Source: Nitrospirota bacterium
GTDB lineage: Bacteria > Nitrospirota > Thermodesulfovibrionia > Thermodesulfovibrionales > Dissulfurispiraceae
Direction: 5' to 3'
Assembly (NCBI GenBank): GCA_963790025.1
Contig: CAWBMP010000004.1
Span: forward strand, 928,001-992,000
DNA: 64,000 nucleotides
In this document: piece by piece, positions 62,253 through 64,000 of the stretch
Numbering within the stretch: position 1 is the stretch's first letter
Layout of the letters: the number at the start of each line of letters is the position of its first letter
Position numbers and translations under genes: made by a program
Notes under the pieces: generated by a model
Told to the model about the DNA's origin: nothing
Database searches by the model: none
Seen by the model: the letters and a program-made list of their open reading frames with translations, nothing else

Positions 62253-63223
62253 TACTTCACCCGGATCCTCGGGTCTACAAGGGAATAGGATATGTCGGCA
62301 ATCAAATTGCCGAAGAGAGTCAGTATAGCGCCAATGACCAATATGCCCATGATAGTGGGATAATCTCTTGACATGGTAGAGGCGTAAAAGAGTTGCCCCA
62401 TTCCCGGTATGGCAAAAATTGTTTCGAATATAACCGAACCGCCGATAAGGCCCGGAACCGAGAGGCCGAGGATAGTGACGATGGGCAAAAGGGCGTTCCT
62501 CACCGCATGCCGGACAATGACCTCCGACTCCTTCAGGCCCTTTGCCCTTGCAGTCCTTATATAGTCCTGTCTGATCACCTCAAGCACGCTCGAACGGCTG
62601 TATCTGCTGAATCCAGCAATGCCCCCAAAGGCGCTCAAACTTACCGGCAGAACGAGGTGACGGGCCCAATCCCCCAACCTTCCCAATGGTCCCATGCCTG
62701 AAACATCTATATTCTGTATTCCCGAAATAGGCAATAGTCCCAGATCGACTCCGAATATGATCATCAAGATCAACGCGAGCCAGAAAGTAGGCGTGGAAAA
62801 TCCCAGGAACACAAATACCGTAGTCAGCTTATCAAAAACCGAGTACTGCTTCACCGCAGACAGTACGCCTATTGGGATGGCCGTAACAATAATCAGCAGC
62901 AGCGAAAGAAGATTGATAACCAGTGTAACCCGAATCCGTTCCTTTATTTTATCGGTGACCTTCTTACCGTCGACAAAAGAAGTTCCGAAGTCCAGTTTCA
63001 CAAACCTATTGAGCCATTCAAAATACTGGACGTGCAGCGGTTTATCGAGACCATAAAGCCTCTTGAGGTTCTCTCTTGCCTGGGCAGATGACTTGAGGGA
63101 CATTTCGGTTTCAACCTCAACAGGTCCGCCAGGCGCCAGATGTATGACAGCAAAGGTGATCAGCGTAATCCCGAAAATGAGCGGGACCATTAACAGAAGG
63201 CGTTTAAAGATATATACCGACAT
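62252..63223 (-). CDS. Peptide/nickel ABC transporter permease (OppB/DppB)
   Basis: [29 protein letters not shown]. Confidence 0.92.
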   Translation of the reverse strand: MSVYIFKRLLLMVPLIFGITLITFAVIHLAPGGPVEVETEMSLKSSAQARENLKRLYGLDKPLHVQYFEWLNRFVKLDFGTSFVDGKKVTDKIKERIRVTLVINLLSLLLIIVTAIPIGVLSAVKQYSVFDKLTTVFVFLGFSTPTFWLALILMIIFGVDLGLLPISGIQNIDVSGMGPLGRLGDWARHLVLPVSLSAFGGIAGFSRYSRSSVLEVIRQDYIRTARAKGLKESEVIVRHAVRNALLPIVTILGLSVPGLIGGSVIFETIFAIPGMGQLFYASTMSRDYPTIMGILVIGAILTLFGNLIADISYSLVDPRIRVK

Positions 63224-63420
63224 ATCAACTTACCCGTTTCAGCTCCTTTTCATTTACCCGCGTCGAGCGACACAGTTTCTCAACTCCGACAATTCTTATT
63301 ATACTATAGCTGCGGCGGTTGCAGATCACAAAACCCGGCAATTGTAGATTGTGGGAATATCCACTATACTACATTTAACACGGCGACAAATGAAACCAAA
63401 AAGCCAAAAGGAGAAATATT

Positions 63421-64000
63421 ATGCGTTATCGTCTGTTTGGCAGGACAGGTCTGTACGTTTCCGAACTTTGTCTTGGAACCATGACATTCGCCGGGCAGGG
63501 AGGATTCTGGGGTCTTATAGGCAAGCTTTCTGCGCAAGAGGCCGAAGCGCTCATCGGAACGGCACTTGATGCCGGCGTAAACTTAATTGACACTGCTGAC
63601 GTCTATTCCGAAGGGGAGTCGGAGAAGTTCGTAGGTTCGGCGCTTGCTTCTCTTGGGCGGCCCCGCGATCAGGTCCTCGTTGCCACCAAGGTCCACTTTC
63701 GTATGGGCGCGGGGCCGAATCAGGTGGGCCTATCGCGCGCACATATTTTTGCTGCTGTCGAGGCCAGCCTGCGCCGCCTGAAGCTGGACTTCATCGACCT
63801 CTATCAGATCCATGGGTGCGACCTCGACACGCCTATAGAAGAGACGGTGCGGGCACTCGATGACTTGGTCCGCGCAGGCAGGGTGCGCTATACCGGTTTC
63901 TGCAATCTGCCGGCCTGGTTGGCGATGAAGGCCCTCGGACATGCCGACGCGAATGGTCTTTCACGCTTTGTCAGCGCACAGATGTACTACTCCATCGCAG
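63421..64000 (+). CDS. Aldo/keto reductase, truncated by window end
   Basis: Own translation MRYRLFGRTGLYVSELCLGTMTF...IDTADVYSEG.SE...ATKV...SLRRLKLDFIDLYQIH; AGGAG RBS. Confidence 0.92.
   Translation, partial: MRYRLFGRTGLYVSELCLGTMTFAGQGGFWGLIGKLSAQEAEALIGTALDAGVNLIDTADVYSEGESEKFVGSALASLGRPRDQVLVATKVHFRMGAGPNQVGLSRAHIFAAVEASLRRLKLDFIDLYQIHGCDLDTPIEETVRALDDLVRAGRVRYTGFCNLPAWLAMKALGHADANGLSRFVSAQMYYSIA

Overview
Bacterial chromosomal window (gene content and style suggest an anaerobic Nitrospirota/Deltaproteobacteria-like organism; inference only). 1-27.4 kb is mostly housekeeping/accessory: PSP1/RicT (cut by window edge), holB, tmk, a core-methionine-synthase-like protein, a DUF1460 amidase, an unannotated bS22-like 30-aa protein, an acyl-CoA dehydratase activase, an ankyrin protein, large-form purL, a RACo/ASKHA corrinoid activator, an in-frame CysE-CysS fusion, a frameshifted PAS-GGDEF-EAL gene, a selenocysteine (UGA) MsrA, a NarL-type two-component pair, rlmB and an MFS transporter. 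27.4-61.4 kb is a nitrogen super-cluster: nifHDK, fused nifEN, nifX, nifI1/I2, fdxB, SAM-domain-only nifB, hesA, mop-modABC-tsaA, then a stand-alone NifA-like HTH, an outer-membrane porin-like protein, an APC permease with a repeat insertion, a PP2C/Ser-Thr kinase fusion, three ammonium transporters, two more PII proteins, two near-identical glnA copies and glnE. Seven sigma54 (-24/-12) promoters share an IHF site at fixed spacing and a non-canonical ACA-N4-TGT upstream motif. The window also carries a family of heptamer-periodic palindromes (several inside genes), a MITE-like element upstream of nifH and a duplicated NarL-type promoter. No rRNA, tRNA, CRISPR array or transposase was recognised.
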